NCBI GenBank assembly: GCA_043757325.1
Contig: JAYVPO010000019.1
Coordinates: forward strand, 18,624 to 82,623
DNA from: a bacterium
GTDB lineage: Bacteria > Bdellovibrionota_B > Oligoflexia > Oligoflexales > RGVZ01
Length of the DNA: 64,000 bases
Reading direction: 5' to 3'
The notes beneath the pieces were generated by a model, which was not told the origin of the DNA, did no database searches, and worked only from the letters and a program-made list of their open reading frames with translations. Below, piece after piece: positions 49,440 to 58,459 of this stretch. Every line of letters starts with the position of its first letter. The first letter of the stretch is position 1. The translations under genes and the position numbers were made by a program.

Positions 49440-49558
49440 AAGCAATGAAGTTTGCGAAAATTCAGATGAAGTTTAACCGACTTATTCTAAAAGAATATTC
49501 TGAATTGCTGTATTACCAGTGTGATACTTAAGCGCCGACCTTTTTATAGTTGGGCACA

Positions 49559-52048
49559 TCAATTGAACTGACTTACTCCAAGTGGTGCTGAACTAACAGT
49601 GCCTGGTCCACAAGCGACTGCAGTTGAAAAACAATATCCATATAAAACTGTTAAAACACCCCTGAATGGATCTTTTACCAGGTCGATTTTACCGAAACTT
49701 GTGTAGGAGATATAATTGGTTGAAAATAGGGAATTTGTACTTGAATTCCAACGCGGCGATCCTAAAGGATCAAAACGATAGGACTGAATCTTCATAGGAG
49801 TATTTTGAGTTGTATTCATCCCGTCAACAAATGCGAGAAGGCCATTGCCTAAATTATCGATAGAGGCATTTAAAAGGCCAGAATATAAGTTGATTGCATT
49901 GGAGTTAACGTTAAATTGATCTCGAATCGTAATCCCGTCTTTATCTAAAATTGCAGCACCCAAGTTATTTGGAGTAGGTAAGTTAGTGACCATAGAATAA
50001 GCGAATAAAACATCACCTTGATCGTTAGAATCAATTGATAATGCTGGTGCATATATTGATCCCGCAGAAGGGTTAAAAATTGACGTAGCGGCAGGGCTGA
50101 AGTTTGCACCATTTCTAGTCACCGCAAAATATACGTTCCCTGTTGTCGAAAGTGCTGATAAGAGAATCCTACCGTCTGGTGTATTTTTAGCTTTGATTTG
50201 ACCTGCAATGATATTTGTAAATAATGGACTCGTCGACCAAGCGCCAGCATTTCTGTAGGCCACGTTAATGATACCGCTAGTTTCTTCATACATAAGAATT
50301 CCACGATCGCTAATTGACGCACCACTATTACTGAATGCCTGAACACTTCTACAAACCGATGAAAGGAAATTTGATGCACCATAGGGATTATTAGCGGTAG
50401 ACAGTCCTGAAAATCCATAACAATTGGTGCTATCCGATAAACCAACAGAAAAGGTGTTATTAATCCCGTCAAAATAGACACTACCAGACAATTTTACAAT
50501 ATTATTTGACGGTATGGAGTTAGAAAATAAGGAGGGAGAACTGCAAAGCATATCAACAAGAAGGCAAATGATTATGTCAGTTTTTGTTGAGCCGAGATTG
50601 TATTTTGAATAAATTAAAAAAGATTGATTTAAAGAATTTGTGACAACATCAAAAGCTATAGGATATGAACTTGAGACAATTAGGGATTCTAAATTGGACC
50701 AGCTGCCGCTGTTAGATCTGTTTGAAAATATCTTGTTGAAACCGCCTGAGTAGACGCCGAAAATAACTCCAGTGGTTGAGACTTGGTTCGAAAAAAACTT
50801 CGCTTGAATCGGGTTGGCTCCGCTCATTGAAGGATAAGTCGGGTTAATTCTACTAGGCGTTCCTAACACTCCTCGATTAATTTGGGCGGTAGATCCATAA
50901 TACATCGAGCCTACATTATCACTCCAGTAAGCTAAAAGCTGTCCCGGCATTAATCCTTTAATAATTCGTGCATCATTAAAACTATTCGCGTTGGCATAGC
51001 TAGGAGTCAATGCTGGACTTCCACTGAGCTGATTCCATATTCCATCTCGTGTTTTAAAAGTTATCGTTGATGGCGTTGCAAAATTTTGACCGTAAGTATC
51101 TTTTAAATCCGGTAGCAATCGGAAATTCTGCCACGCGTTTAAAGGAAACATCCCGTCTGGAGGGAAAATGGTAATGCCTAACTTATCTTGGCTCACTTGG
51201 GTCGGTGGCGAAAAGGTCTGAGCCGTGAAATTTTGCTGATATAGTTTTATATTTGCGCCAACTGTAGACGAATCGATAGGGTTATTAAATTTTAAAAATG
51301 CCTGTGCATAGGGGTCGACTCCAGTAGAATTTTGCCTAGGATTTTGATCCACAAGACTTAATGCAGAAAATTGAGTGGCTGGTGCCGGCGTCGGCGTCGG
51401 AGCTTTCTTTTTGTCAGCAGCGGTTGAAATTTTAAGAATATTTGCTGGAAAAATTCGAGTCCCGGTTTGGGCTGCTGGAATCTTCATGGCTTGATAGGAG
51501 CCAAAATATTTGGTGGTCCAAGCAATAGATTTATTCGAAACTTTAATTTGATCAGTAACAAAAACTTGAATCTTTCCATCCCCTCCATAAATTAAACCAA
51601 CAACACCCATTTTTGTCTCGTCTAGTGCAAATTCAGTCAATCCGGCCGAACCCAGACCTATGGAAATTGTGAACGGATTGGTGCTAGGTGTGTTTGACTG
51701 GGAAGTGGTTATACTTACGGTCTGACTACTACTTTCGGCACTAAATCCCAAGGTCGACTGAGGCATAGCAGACGTCATCGAAATACCTTCCTCGACCGTA
51801 ACCTGAGTTCCGGATGCCAAAGAATTGGGGGAGAATGTAATTGTAGAATCTTTAACCGCAGATGTGACGCTTCCGGTTATAACGTTTACTCGATCTGGAT
51901 TGTACGAAACTGTTTTAACACCATCTACGTCAGAAAGTGCAGGTGCTACAAAAAGCCTTGAACCGCCAGTGCCATTCTGATCGCCAAATTTTGAGGGGCC
52001 GCCGTAGCAACCAGCGATAAAACCCAGTATCAGCATTTTGTAATACAT
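49559..52048 (-). CDS. Large surface lipoprotein with Ig-like (SbsA/Big_5-type) segment and probable beta-propeller/beta-rich body
   Basis: Lipobox GFIAGC. Ser/Thr/Asn/Gly-rich. LVDQNPRQNSTGVDPYAQAFLKFNNPIDSSTV resembles a Big_5 domain start. Confidence 0.75.
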   Translation of the reverse strand: MYYKMLILGFIAGCYGGPSKFGDQNGTGGSRLFVAPALSDVDGVKTVSYNPDRVNVITGSVTSAVKDSTITFSPNSLASGTQVTVEEGISMTSAMPQSTLGFSAESSSQTVSITTSQSNTPSTNPFTISIGLGSAGLTEFALDETKMGVVGLIYGGDGKIQVFVTDQIKVSNKSIAWTTKYFGSYQAMKIPAAQTGTRIFPANILKISTAADKKKAPTPTPAPATQFSALSLVDQNPRQNSTGVDPYAQAFLKFNNPIDSSTVGANIKLYQQNFTAQTFSPPTQVSQDKLGITIFPPDGMFPLNAWQNFRLLPDLKDTYGQNFATPSTITFKTRDGIWNQLSGSPALTPSYANANSFNDARIIKGLMPGQLLAYWSDNVGSMYYGSTAQINRGVLGTPSRINPTYPSMSGANPIQAKFFSNQVSTTGVIFGVYSGGFNKIFSNRSNSGSWSNLESLIVSSSYPIAFDVVTNSLNQSFLIYSKYNLGSTKTDIIICLLVDMLCSSPSLFSNSIPSNNIVKLSGSVYFDGINNTFSVGLSDSTNCYGFSGLSTANNPYGASNFLSSVCRSVQAFSNSGASISDRGILMYEETSGIINVAYRNAGAWSTSPLFTNIIAGQIKAKNTPDGRILLSALSTTGNVYFAVTRNGANFSPAATSIFNPSAGSIYAPALSIDSNDQGDVLFAYSMVTNLPTPNNLGAAILDKDGITIRDQFNVNSNAINLYSGLLNASIDNLGNGLLAFVDGMNTTQNTPMKIQSYRFDPLGSPRWNSSTNSLFSTNYISYTSFGKIDLVKDPFRGVLTVLYGYCFSTAVACGPGTVSSAPLGVSQFN

Positions 52049-52167
52049 ACATCACCTCTTAGTAATACTCTCGGATGACGGTGGTAGAAACTTAGTAGGA
52101 ATTTAAAGATTTGGAGTTTAAGCTATTTTTATCATACATTTTAGCTGGTTAACATCTTCATAACCTC

Positions 52168-52534
52168 CGGTTAACATTGGATGCAGTTTTCTGCGCAGGT
52201 TAATGTTTTCTGAACTTGTTACATCTACGTCTGTCCTTGTCTTTGACATCGGCTTTTTCCTTGCCTTTGGGATGATCGTGATTTTCGCCTAGAGGCGTTT
52301 GCCGTACAACTTTTCGTGCGCTGTTATGAGAATATCGAGAACATCGTTGGATATTTAAATAGCAAGTTTTTCTGGCTTAGCTTTGGGAATCCGCTCATGG
52401 CAAAGCCTCTCGGCGAGGATCACCTTCACCGCAAAGGCAACGAAAAAGTCGATGTCGAAGGAAAGGACAAACGTTAAGGTAACAAGTCCAGAAAACATCA
52501 AACCGCCGCGGAAAATTGCATCCAATGTTAGGCA
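52168..52534. repeat. Long imperfect foldback element, family 2 copy D
   Basis: Arms taacattggatgcag...gaggcgtttgcc (52172-52304) and ggcaaagcctc...tgcatccaatgtta (52399-52530) are complementary at roughly four-fifths of positions by eye. The arms are homologous to 5495-5885. Confidence 0.8.
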
Positions 52535-52650
52535 GAGTTTATTAAGAAGTTACCTCGAGGCTGATTTGAAGCGGCTTCAATAAGGAATATTTATGTCAGA
52601 AGGATTGTGAAAATGGAGTAACTATATTTAGAAATCAACCCTAAATTATT

Positions 52651-54180
52651 TTATGGAATAACATAAAAATTAATGGATTGTTTTTCCAGAAGCATCATTT
52701 TGGAGTCTAAAATTCTAATGACTAAGCGGTGAAGTCCAGGTGTTGTGACAATATCTGCCGCAAAAACCGCGGCCGCTTTTTTGCCTTTAGCAGCAGATAC
52801 TCCATCGATATCTAGCTCAATCCCACTTTGATCTGGAATCGCGGTTCCTTCAAATTGTAGAGTTAGAGTGTTTTTTTTATCAAGGAAAACCACACCGCGA
52901 CTCAGACCATCTATTTGCATGGTGAAATTTTTAAATTTCCCCCAGTTGTTTTCCCAAACCGGTTCTTTCAAAGAATCCGGAAGATTATTTTCATCGGCTC
53001 CAATGGATTTCGCCCAGAGTTTTAGAACTTTGTCGGAATTGACATTGGGATTACTCGAATCTTTTGAGCCGTTTCCTGGTAATATTTCAAAAGCTGCCCA
53101 GACAAATGCAGGATGGGCGGTTTGACTTTCTCTGGCCCACTCTCCACCTACAATAAAGCCATCTACGTCAGTTTCGAGGACATACCTATACTTGGAATTA
53201 TGAGGCTCCAAATGGGGCGCAATACTGCCAAGAGCTTCTTCGTCTGGCGCATTTGCATAAAAGGCCGTCATATGAATATCAAAAAACTTTTTAGCATCCG
53301 GATTAAAAACATAAGTTTTTTCGCCGCTACCAATAATTTTTAATGCAGCCTCGCGATCAACTTCGGCTTTAGTAAATCGATACGCGTAGTGCGGATAATT
53401 CCACACGGCATTATCGGGCGAAATATCCACAACGATTGCCTGATTGGCCCGTGCAATCCAATTGGTCAAAACCGTGTGAAATGTTGCGGCGTTGGTATCA
53501 TCACAGGCGCTTCCAATAGTCGGATTCTTGCGGTTTAGAGCACTCGGGAATTTTTCAGGGTGGTTGCGATCTAAAGGTAATAAACACCTATTTCCAGCCA
53601 AAAATAAATACTTCACATTCATATAAACTTCAGCCAATAAAGCTTTGATATCATGGGGCCTAAAAACCACGCCGTTTTTTGTCACATCTCGATTTGGTTC
53701 TTGACGGTTAGAACTGGCCGCTGAATAGCCATTGCAGTGTCCGGCCCAATTTGGAATGTCTTCGAGTTTTTCTTTCTGCTTTGGTCCGTGATTGAGCATT
53801 TCCCAATCGGCAGCAAGACTTTTTCCGGAATTAAAAACCCGGTCATATTTTTGTAACGGCGAAAACCCATCCGATAAAATGACATTAGTTCCGCCCGCTT
53901 TTTGCGGATACCAGTGGCCTGAATAAGGCTTTTTCTCGTCAGAGACTGAGATTTCTAAAGGAATTAATGGGTCGTTAATATTCTTGATAAAGTTAGTTCG
54001 AAACAAATAGAAAAAGTAATTAGCACTCGTGTCGAGTTCACTACCGGTATTTAATTTTAAAATCGAATCGAAAGGCTGCGACCGATTGGTGTTAGATTTT
54101 GTATCGGGAGCTATATTTTGTTTACACTGCAAAAATAAAAGCGCCGAAAGTAGGTAAAAATATTTAAGACTGTGGCTCAT
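52651..54180 (-). CDS. Secreted lipoprotein, possible Cys-nucleophile (transglutaminase/papain-like) enzyme
   Basis: Lipobox LFLQC. NWAGHCNGYSAAS motif. No confident family assignment. Confidence 0.7.
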   Translation of the reverse strand: MSHSLKYFYLLSALLFLQCKQNIAPDTKSNTNRSQPFDSILKLNTGSELDTSANYFFYLFRTNFIKNINDPLIPLEISVSDEKKPYSGHWYPQKAGGTNVILSDGFSPLQKYDRVFNSGKSLAADWEMLNHGPKQKEKLEDIPNWAGHCNGYSAASSNRQEPNRDVTKNGVVFRPHDIKALLAEVYMNVKYLFLAGNRCLLPLDRNHPEKFPSALNRKNPTIGSACDDTNAATFHTVLTNWIARANQAIVVDISPDNAVWNYPHYAYRFTKAEVDREAALKIIGSGEKTYVFNPDAKKFFDIHMTAFYANAPDEEALGSIAPHLEPHNSKYRYVLETDVDGFIVGGEWARESQTAHPAFVWAAFEILPGNGSKDSSNPNVNSDKVLKLWAKSIGADENNLPDSLKEPVWENNWGKFKNFTMQIDGLSRGVVFLDKKNTLTLQFEGTAIPDQSGIELDIDGVSAAKGKKAAAVFAADIVTTPGLHRLVIRILDSKMMLLEKQSINFYVIP

Positions 54181-55129
54181 CTACAATCATTTTAGCATTA
54201 AAAATGATTTTATTTAAAAGTTTGTGTTCAGCAGAAATATTTTGCGCAACAAAAGGATTTAGATGGTCGAGAACACTCATGAATTTTTTATCAAGCAAAG
54301 GAAAAGGATCCACCGGTTTATTTTCTAAATCTCTGATTTCAAAATGCAAGTGCGAACCACGTGCATTGCCCGTTGTTCCGACATTTGCAATGACGTCACC
54401 TTCCGCAACATAGCTGCCATTTTTTGTTAAATACTTACTAGCATGTGCATAAAGGCTCGCATAGGCACCGTGATCAACGATCACCGTTTTGCCATATCCG
54501 CGAATAAATCGCACTGCGATCACACGCCCCGCTGCTGCTGCTCTAATAGGTGTGCCGTAGGCTCCGCGAATATCAATTCCTTTATGGAATTTCCGGCGCC
54601 TTGGTCCATAAAAACTACTTACGCTACCAGCTACCGGCCATCCAAAAGTACTATCATCCGAAGCCGCAACTTTCTTAAGAGATCTGCCACTAAAAATATC
54701 CTCGGAAAGTTCGCCCTCAAAGTCGACGTTTTCGTCTTTAATTTCCATTTTTTCTTGGATGAGGTTTTTACTTGCAGGAGTATTTACCACTAGCGTTTCA
54801 TCCAAAGCCGCTACTCCAAAAATTCCTCCGGATACTTGATTTTTTCTGGACTGTGAAAGTGGCTGCCGTTGCGCTAATTCTTGCGATTGTGGGAATTTTC
54901 TTTCGATATTGGTGTAGACCGTAAGTATCTGACCGACTCTCAGGCCTTTAACAAGCGCCGCTTTATTCCAATCCACAAGTTTTTCCCAGGACGTATTATA
55001 CTGTCTGGCTATGGTATTTAAAGTATCTCCGGATTCTACTTTGACTTCGACTTTACTAAGTCCAGGTGATTTTTTTTGAGTTGTGACACAACTTGCGAAA
55101 AATGCTGCCAATAAAACAATTCGAATCAT
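54164..55129 (-). CDS. LysM + M23 (LytM) peptidase, NlpD-like lipoprotein
   Basis: Start MIRIVLLAAFFASC (GGAGG upstream). LysM VKVESGDTLNTIARQYNTSWEKLVDWN. M23 HKGIDI and GNARGSHLHFEI. Confidence 0.88.
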   Translation of the reverse strand: MIRIVLLAAFFASCVTTQKKSPGLSKVEVKVESGDTLNTIARQYNTSWEKLVDWNKAALVKGLRVGQILTVYTNIERKFPQSQELAQRQPLSQSRKNQVSGGIFGVAALDETLVVNTPASKNLIQEKMEIKDENVDFEGELSEDIFSGRSLKKVAASDDSTFGWPVAGSVSSFYGPRRRKFHKGIDIRGAYGTPIRAAAAGRVIAVRFIRGYGKTVIVDHGAYASLYAHASKYLTKNGSYVAEGDVIANVGTTGNARGSHLHFEIRDLENKPVDPFPLLDKKFMSVLDHLNPFVAQNISAEHKLLNKIIFNAKMIVDEPQS

Positions 55130-55150
55130 AAATCTTACCTCCAAAAAACA

Positions 55151-55930
55151 TTAACTCTCAAACACTTTTTCTAACCGACCTTGCAGGGTTTTATTTATTC
55201 CCTCATCCCAAAAACTCGCCTTTAAAAAACTCACCGACACATAGCCTTGTTCCGTCAAAGCACAGTCGGAATTTGGAATATCTTCAAACTGATCGCCGCC
55301 GGCTCCCACCCAATAATATGGCCTTCCACGCGGGTCAATTCCTTGCACCATCTCATCGCTATAAAATCGCCTTCCCAACGTTGCAATGCGCACACCCTTA
55401 ATGTCATCCATCGCCAAATTCGGCACATTGATATTGATAACTCCAAGCGCAGCAATATCCTCGACCGCACCTTTGCTTTGTAACAGTCGAAAAGTTATTT
55501 CCGCTGCGGTCTCGTAATGGATTCTATCTCGCGGTTTTCCTAGAGATGAAATCGCCATGGACTTAAAACCAAGTATGGTTCCTTCCATGGCAGCGCCGAC
55601 TGTTCCCGAGTAAAGTGTATCTATTCCTAGATTAGCACCTCGGTTGATTCCACTCAAGACCCAAGACGGTTTTCGTGAAAGAATACGCCTACATGCAAGC
55701 ATTACACAATCGGCTGGTGTGCCCTCAACTGCAAAAACATTATCCTCAACTTCTTCAACTCGTAGAGGTGTTCCAATAGTGATAGCATGACTTGAAGCCG
55801 AGCGTTCGACGTGCGGAGCCACAATAACTACTTCTCCAAAACGAGAAGCCACTTTGGCCAAAGCACGAAGACCTGGCGCGTGTACGCCGTCGTCATTGCT
55901 AAGTAAAAATAAAGGTGATGAAGAATCCAT
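55151..55930 (-). CDS. surE: 5'/3'-nucleotidase SurE
   Basis: LLSNDDGVHAPGL, SGINRGANLG and YSGTVGAAMEG. Confidence 0.93.
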   Translation of the reverse strand: MDSSSPLFLLSNDDGVHAPGLRALAKVASRFGEVVIVAPHVERSASSHAITIGTPLRVEEVEDNVFAVEGTPADCVMLACRRILSRKPSWVLSGINRGANLGIDTLYSGTVGAAMEGTILGFKSMAISSLGKPRDRIHYETAAEITFRLLQSKGAVEDIAALGVININVPNLAMDDIKGVRIATLGRRFYSDEMVQGIDPRGRPYYWVGAGGDQFEDIPNSDCALTEQGYVSVSFLKASFWDEGINKTLQGRLEKVFES

Positions 55931-56042
55931 TTCTGCCTAATTAAACTACATTCGATGTTTAATATTAGCAAAAACTGAGGCCAAAAGTCGTTAAAAAAAT
56001 CCGATTCTAAATTTATTCTATTAAAACAAAAACTTTTCTATT

Positions 56043-58172
56043 TCAAAGTGGATTAAACACAAACGGATAGCTTACCGTAACGGGCTGGCCACCACGTGGC
56101 TTTGGAAATGCCCAACGTGAAATTCTACCGGTTACGCAGCCCCGCATCGAAGCATCGTCTATACTTGAGTCTTGTACATTTACTGTCTGCACCCCGCCAG
56201 AAGTGCTAACCACGAAGTTTACCGTAATTTTACCGGCCGCACTTGGAGAACGCTGTAAAAGCTGTTCATAACAGTGCCGAATTTGATTTAAGTTCGCGCG
56301 AATCACAGCCATAATTTCTTGTGCTGTCAATCCTCCAGATACCGCCGGGTCACCTGGTGGAATCGAAATATTTGCACGGCCATGACCGCCGGCTCCACCT
56401 TGACCATTTCCTCCCGATCCAAATCCGGGTCCGCCACCTGCACCGCCGCGACCACCAGATCCACCTTGACCACCCATAAATCCACCAGAACCCGAACCAA
56501 AATTGTTAACAGCTCCACCGGTTCCGGCAAGGCCTAGAGACTTTCCAGTTCCAACACCACCAAGACCGTAAGTTTTGGCGCCTGATCCCATTCCACCTCC
56601 AGCTCCGCCTGCGTCACTTTTGAAATTGGTAGGAATGCCTCCGGTTTTATTTAAAACTTTTCCTACTCCAAGGCCTAATTTTGATAAATTTACTCCCGAA
56701 GCTTTTTCATTATTGACACCTTCAACACCTTGGACCGAAGCAGCCTTATTTCCCTTAATAGCTCCGCCCGTTTGATTGTTTCCGGAACCTTTTGCACCGC
56801 CGGCAGCACCCATTGCTTTGCCATTCTGCGGGCCAGCAAATTTCATATCGGGAGTTTTACTACCTGTCGAAGGTGTGCCAGAACTTGGTTTCACATCAGC
56901 AGTTTTGGAAACCGCACCCGCGGGTTTTGCTTCAACCGGTTTTTGTTGCGGCACGTCAGGGGTTTTTAAGGCTTGAGTGGTTACGGGCTTTGGAACCGGT
57001 TTTTCCACAGGTTTTTGCTGTACGACTTTTTCTTTTTCCACAGGTTTTGCCGGCTGAACAGGCTTGGGTTTAGGAGGTGGTGGCGCTTTTGGTGGTGGCG
57101 GAGTTGGCTGCTCTTTTTTCTCGGCTAATTTTACTTCTGGTTTTTTAATTTTTTCGGGCTCGGGTTTTTTTAATTCTTCTGGCGAATTTACAATTTCATA
57201 AATATCGTTTTGATCGTCTGTTTTGGGCACAGGAGTCGCAAGCCAAAGAGCCGGCACGGTAAGTAAAAATACTAGAATTCCCGCACCGCCAAGTCCCATC
57301 AAAAAAGGATCGCGCGGGCCGCTGCGCGGAATATCCAATTCGGGTGGACTCACAAAACACATAAAATACCGAACCGAACCGTATTTAATATGCACGACGT
57401 CGTTACGACTTAAAGTCAAAGATGTGGTTTCGTTATCGACTTTCTCGACTCGACCTTTGCGCCGTAAACGCGTTTGCATTCCGGGGCCTAAATTAACGCT
57501 ATAACCACCACCTTCAACAGTAGCTAGTAGGTAGCGATCGATATTGTCTGCACCTGCTGCGATAAAATTTGCTTTGGTTGGATCGCCAATAGTGACAAGA
57601 TTTTTATTTTTTATTTGCGAATGAAAAAGATCCACATCCAAAACCGTGTCGCCCCAGTAAGCAACAACCTCTAAGTAATCTCCACGTGGACGCGCTTCCC
57701 GCGGCGAAAACAATAAATCTTTACGTTGTTCAACTTTAGACTGCTCTGTCACTGGCGCTGGAATAATCGGGTCTTCGGGCGCGAGAATTCCGGCCATAGC
57801 TGGAGGAACAGCTGGAGGGAAAGCAGGTGGAGTTGTAAGCCGTGTTGCGTTAGGAGCTGGCGGAACAAATTCTTGACTTTTCTCGGCAAATTCTATTTCG
57901 ATGGTTCCGATTGTGATACGGTCGCCTGGCTTTAGAGAAGTTTCAACACTGATTGATTGACCGTTTAATTTAGTTCCTGTTTCGGATCCTAAGTCGGTTA
58001 ATAACCAGCGCCCGTCGGCCTGCAATTCGATCATTCCGTGAATGGGTTCCACAAGCGGAGCTCTTATTACAATATGATTTGAGAGTAGAGCACCGATAAT
58101 CATTCGAGGTTGATCCAAAGGAATCGACCGAGAGATTTGACCGGGGATGGTATAGCGAAATTCAAAAGCCAT
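56043..58172 (-). CDS. FHA domain / TM / Pro-rich / Gly-rich / AgmX-PglI C-terminal domain protein (GltG/PglI-like)
   Basis: N-terminal FHA (LLTDLGSETGTKLNGQSI), one TM segment, PPPPKAPPPPKPKP spacer, a long Gly-rich region. C-terminal IRHCYEQLL...GKITVNFVV...MRGCV...WAFPKPRGGQPVTVSYPFVF matches the AgmX/PglI (TonB-C-like) tail. Confidence 0.85.
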   Translation of the reverse strand: MAFEFRYTIPGQISRSIPLDQPRMIIGALLSNHIVIRAPLVEPIHGMIELQADGRWLLTDLGSETGTKLNGQSISVETSLKPGDRITIGTIEIEFAEKSQEFVPPAPNATRLTTPPAFPPAVPPAMAGILAPEDPIIPAPVTEQSKVEQRKDLLFSPREARPRGDYLEVVAYWGDTVLDVDLFHSQIKNKNLVTIGDPTKANFIAAGADNIDRYLLATVEGGGYSVNLGPGMQTRLRRKGRVEKVDNETTSLTLSRNDVVHIKYGSVRYFMCFVSPPELDIPRSGPRDPFLMGLGGAGILVFLLTVPALWLATPVPKTDDQNDIYEIVNSPEELKKPEPEKIKKPEVKLAEKKEQPTPPPPKAPPPPKPKPVQPAKPVEKEKVVQQKPVEKPVPKPVTTQALKTPDVPQQKPVEAKPAGAVSKTADVKPSSGTPSTGSKTPDMKFAGPQNGKAMGAAGGAKGSGNNQTGGAIKGNKAASVQGVEGVNNEKASGVNLSKLGLGVGKVLNKTGGIPTNFKSDAGGAGGGMGSGAKTYGLGGVGTGKSLGLAGTGGAVNNFGSGSGGFMGGQGGSGGRGGAGGGPGFGSGGNGQGGAGGHGRANISIPPGDPAVSGGLTAQEIMAVIRANLNQIRHCYEQLLQRSPSAAGKITVNFVVSTSGGVQTVNVQDSSIDDASMRGCVTGRISRWAFPKPRGGQPVTVSYPFVFNPL

Positions 58173-58459
58173 CTGGAAAATCCTTTTCCAAAAAACCGTA
58201 ATTGGTCTTCATGTGAAACGCGTTAAACTTTCTTTATTTTACCAATTGATTTCGAATAGAGCAAATGGCTAAGAAATAAAAAAATTGGTGATTATTATTT
58301 AGTCTTTGGCGCGTAATTTACAAACTAAGCTGGTGCCAAATGAAAAAAGGACAAGCGACGAAAAAAATCCAACGAAGACAGTGCTATGCGCAGCTAGTCG
58401 CACGGCGAGGAGGATTTTTTGAAGTCAACGCAGTCATTTTTATCATTTCGCGCCAGCGA

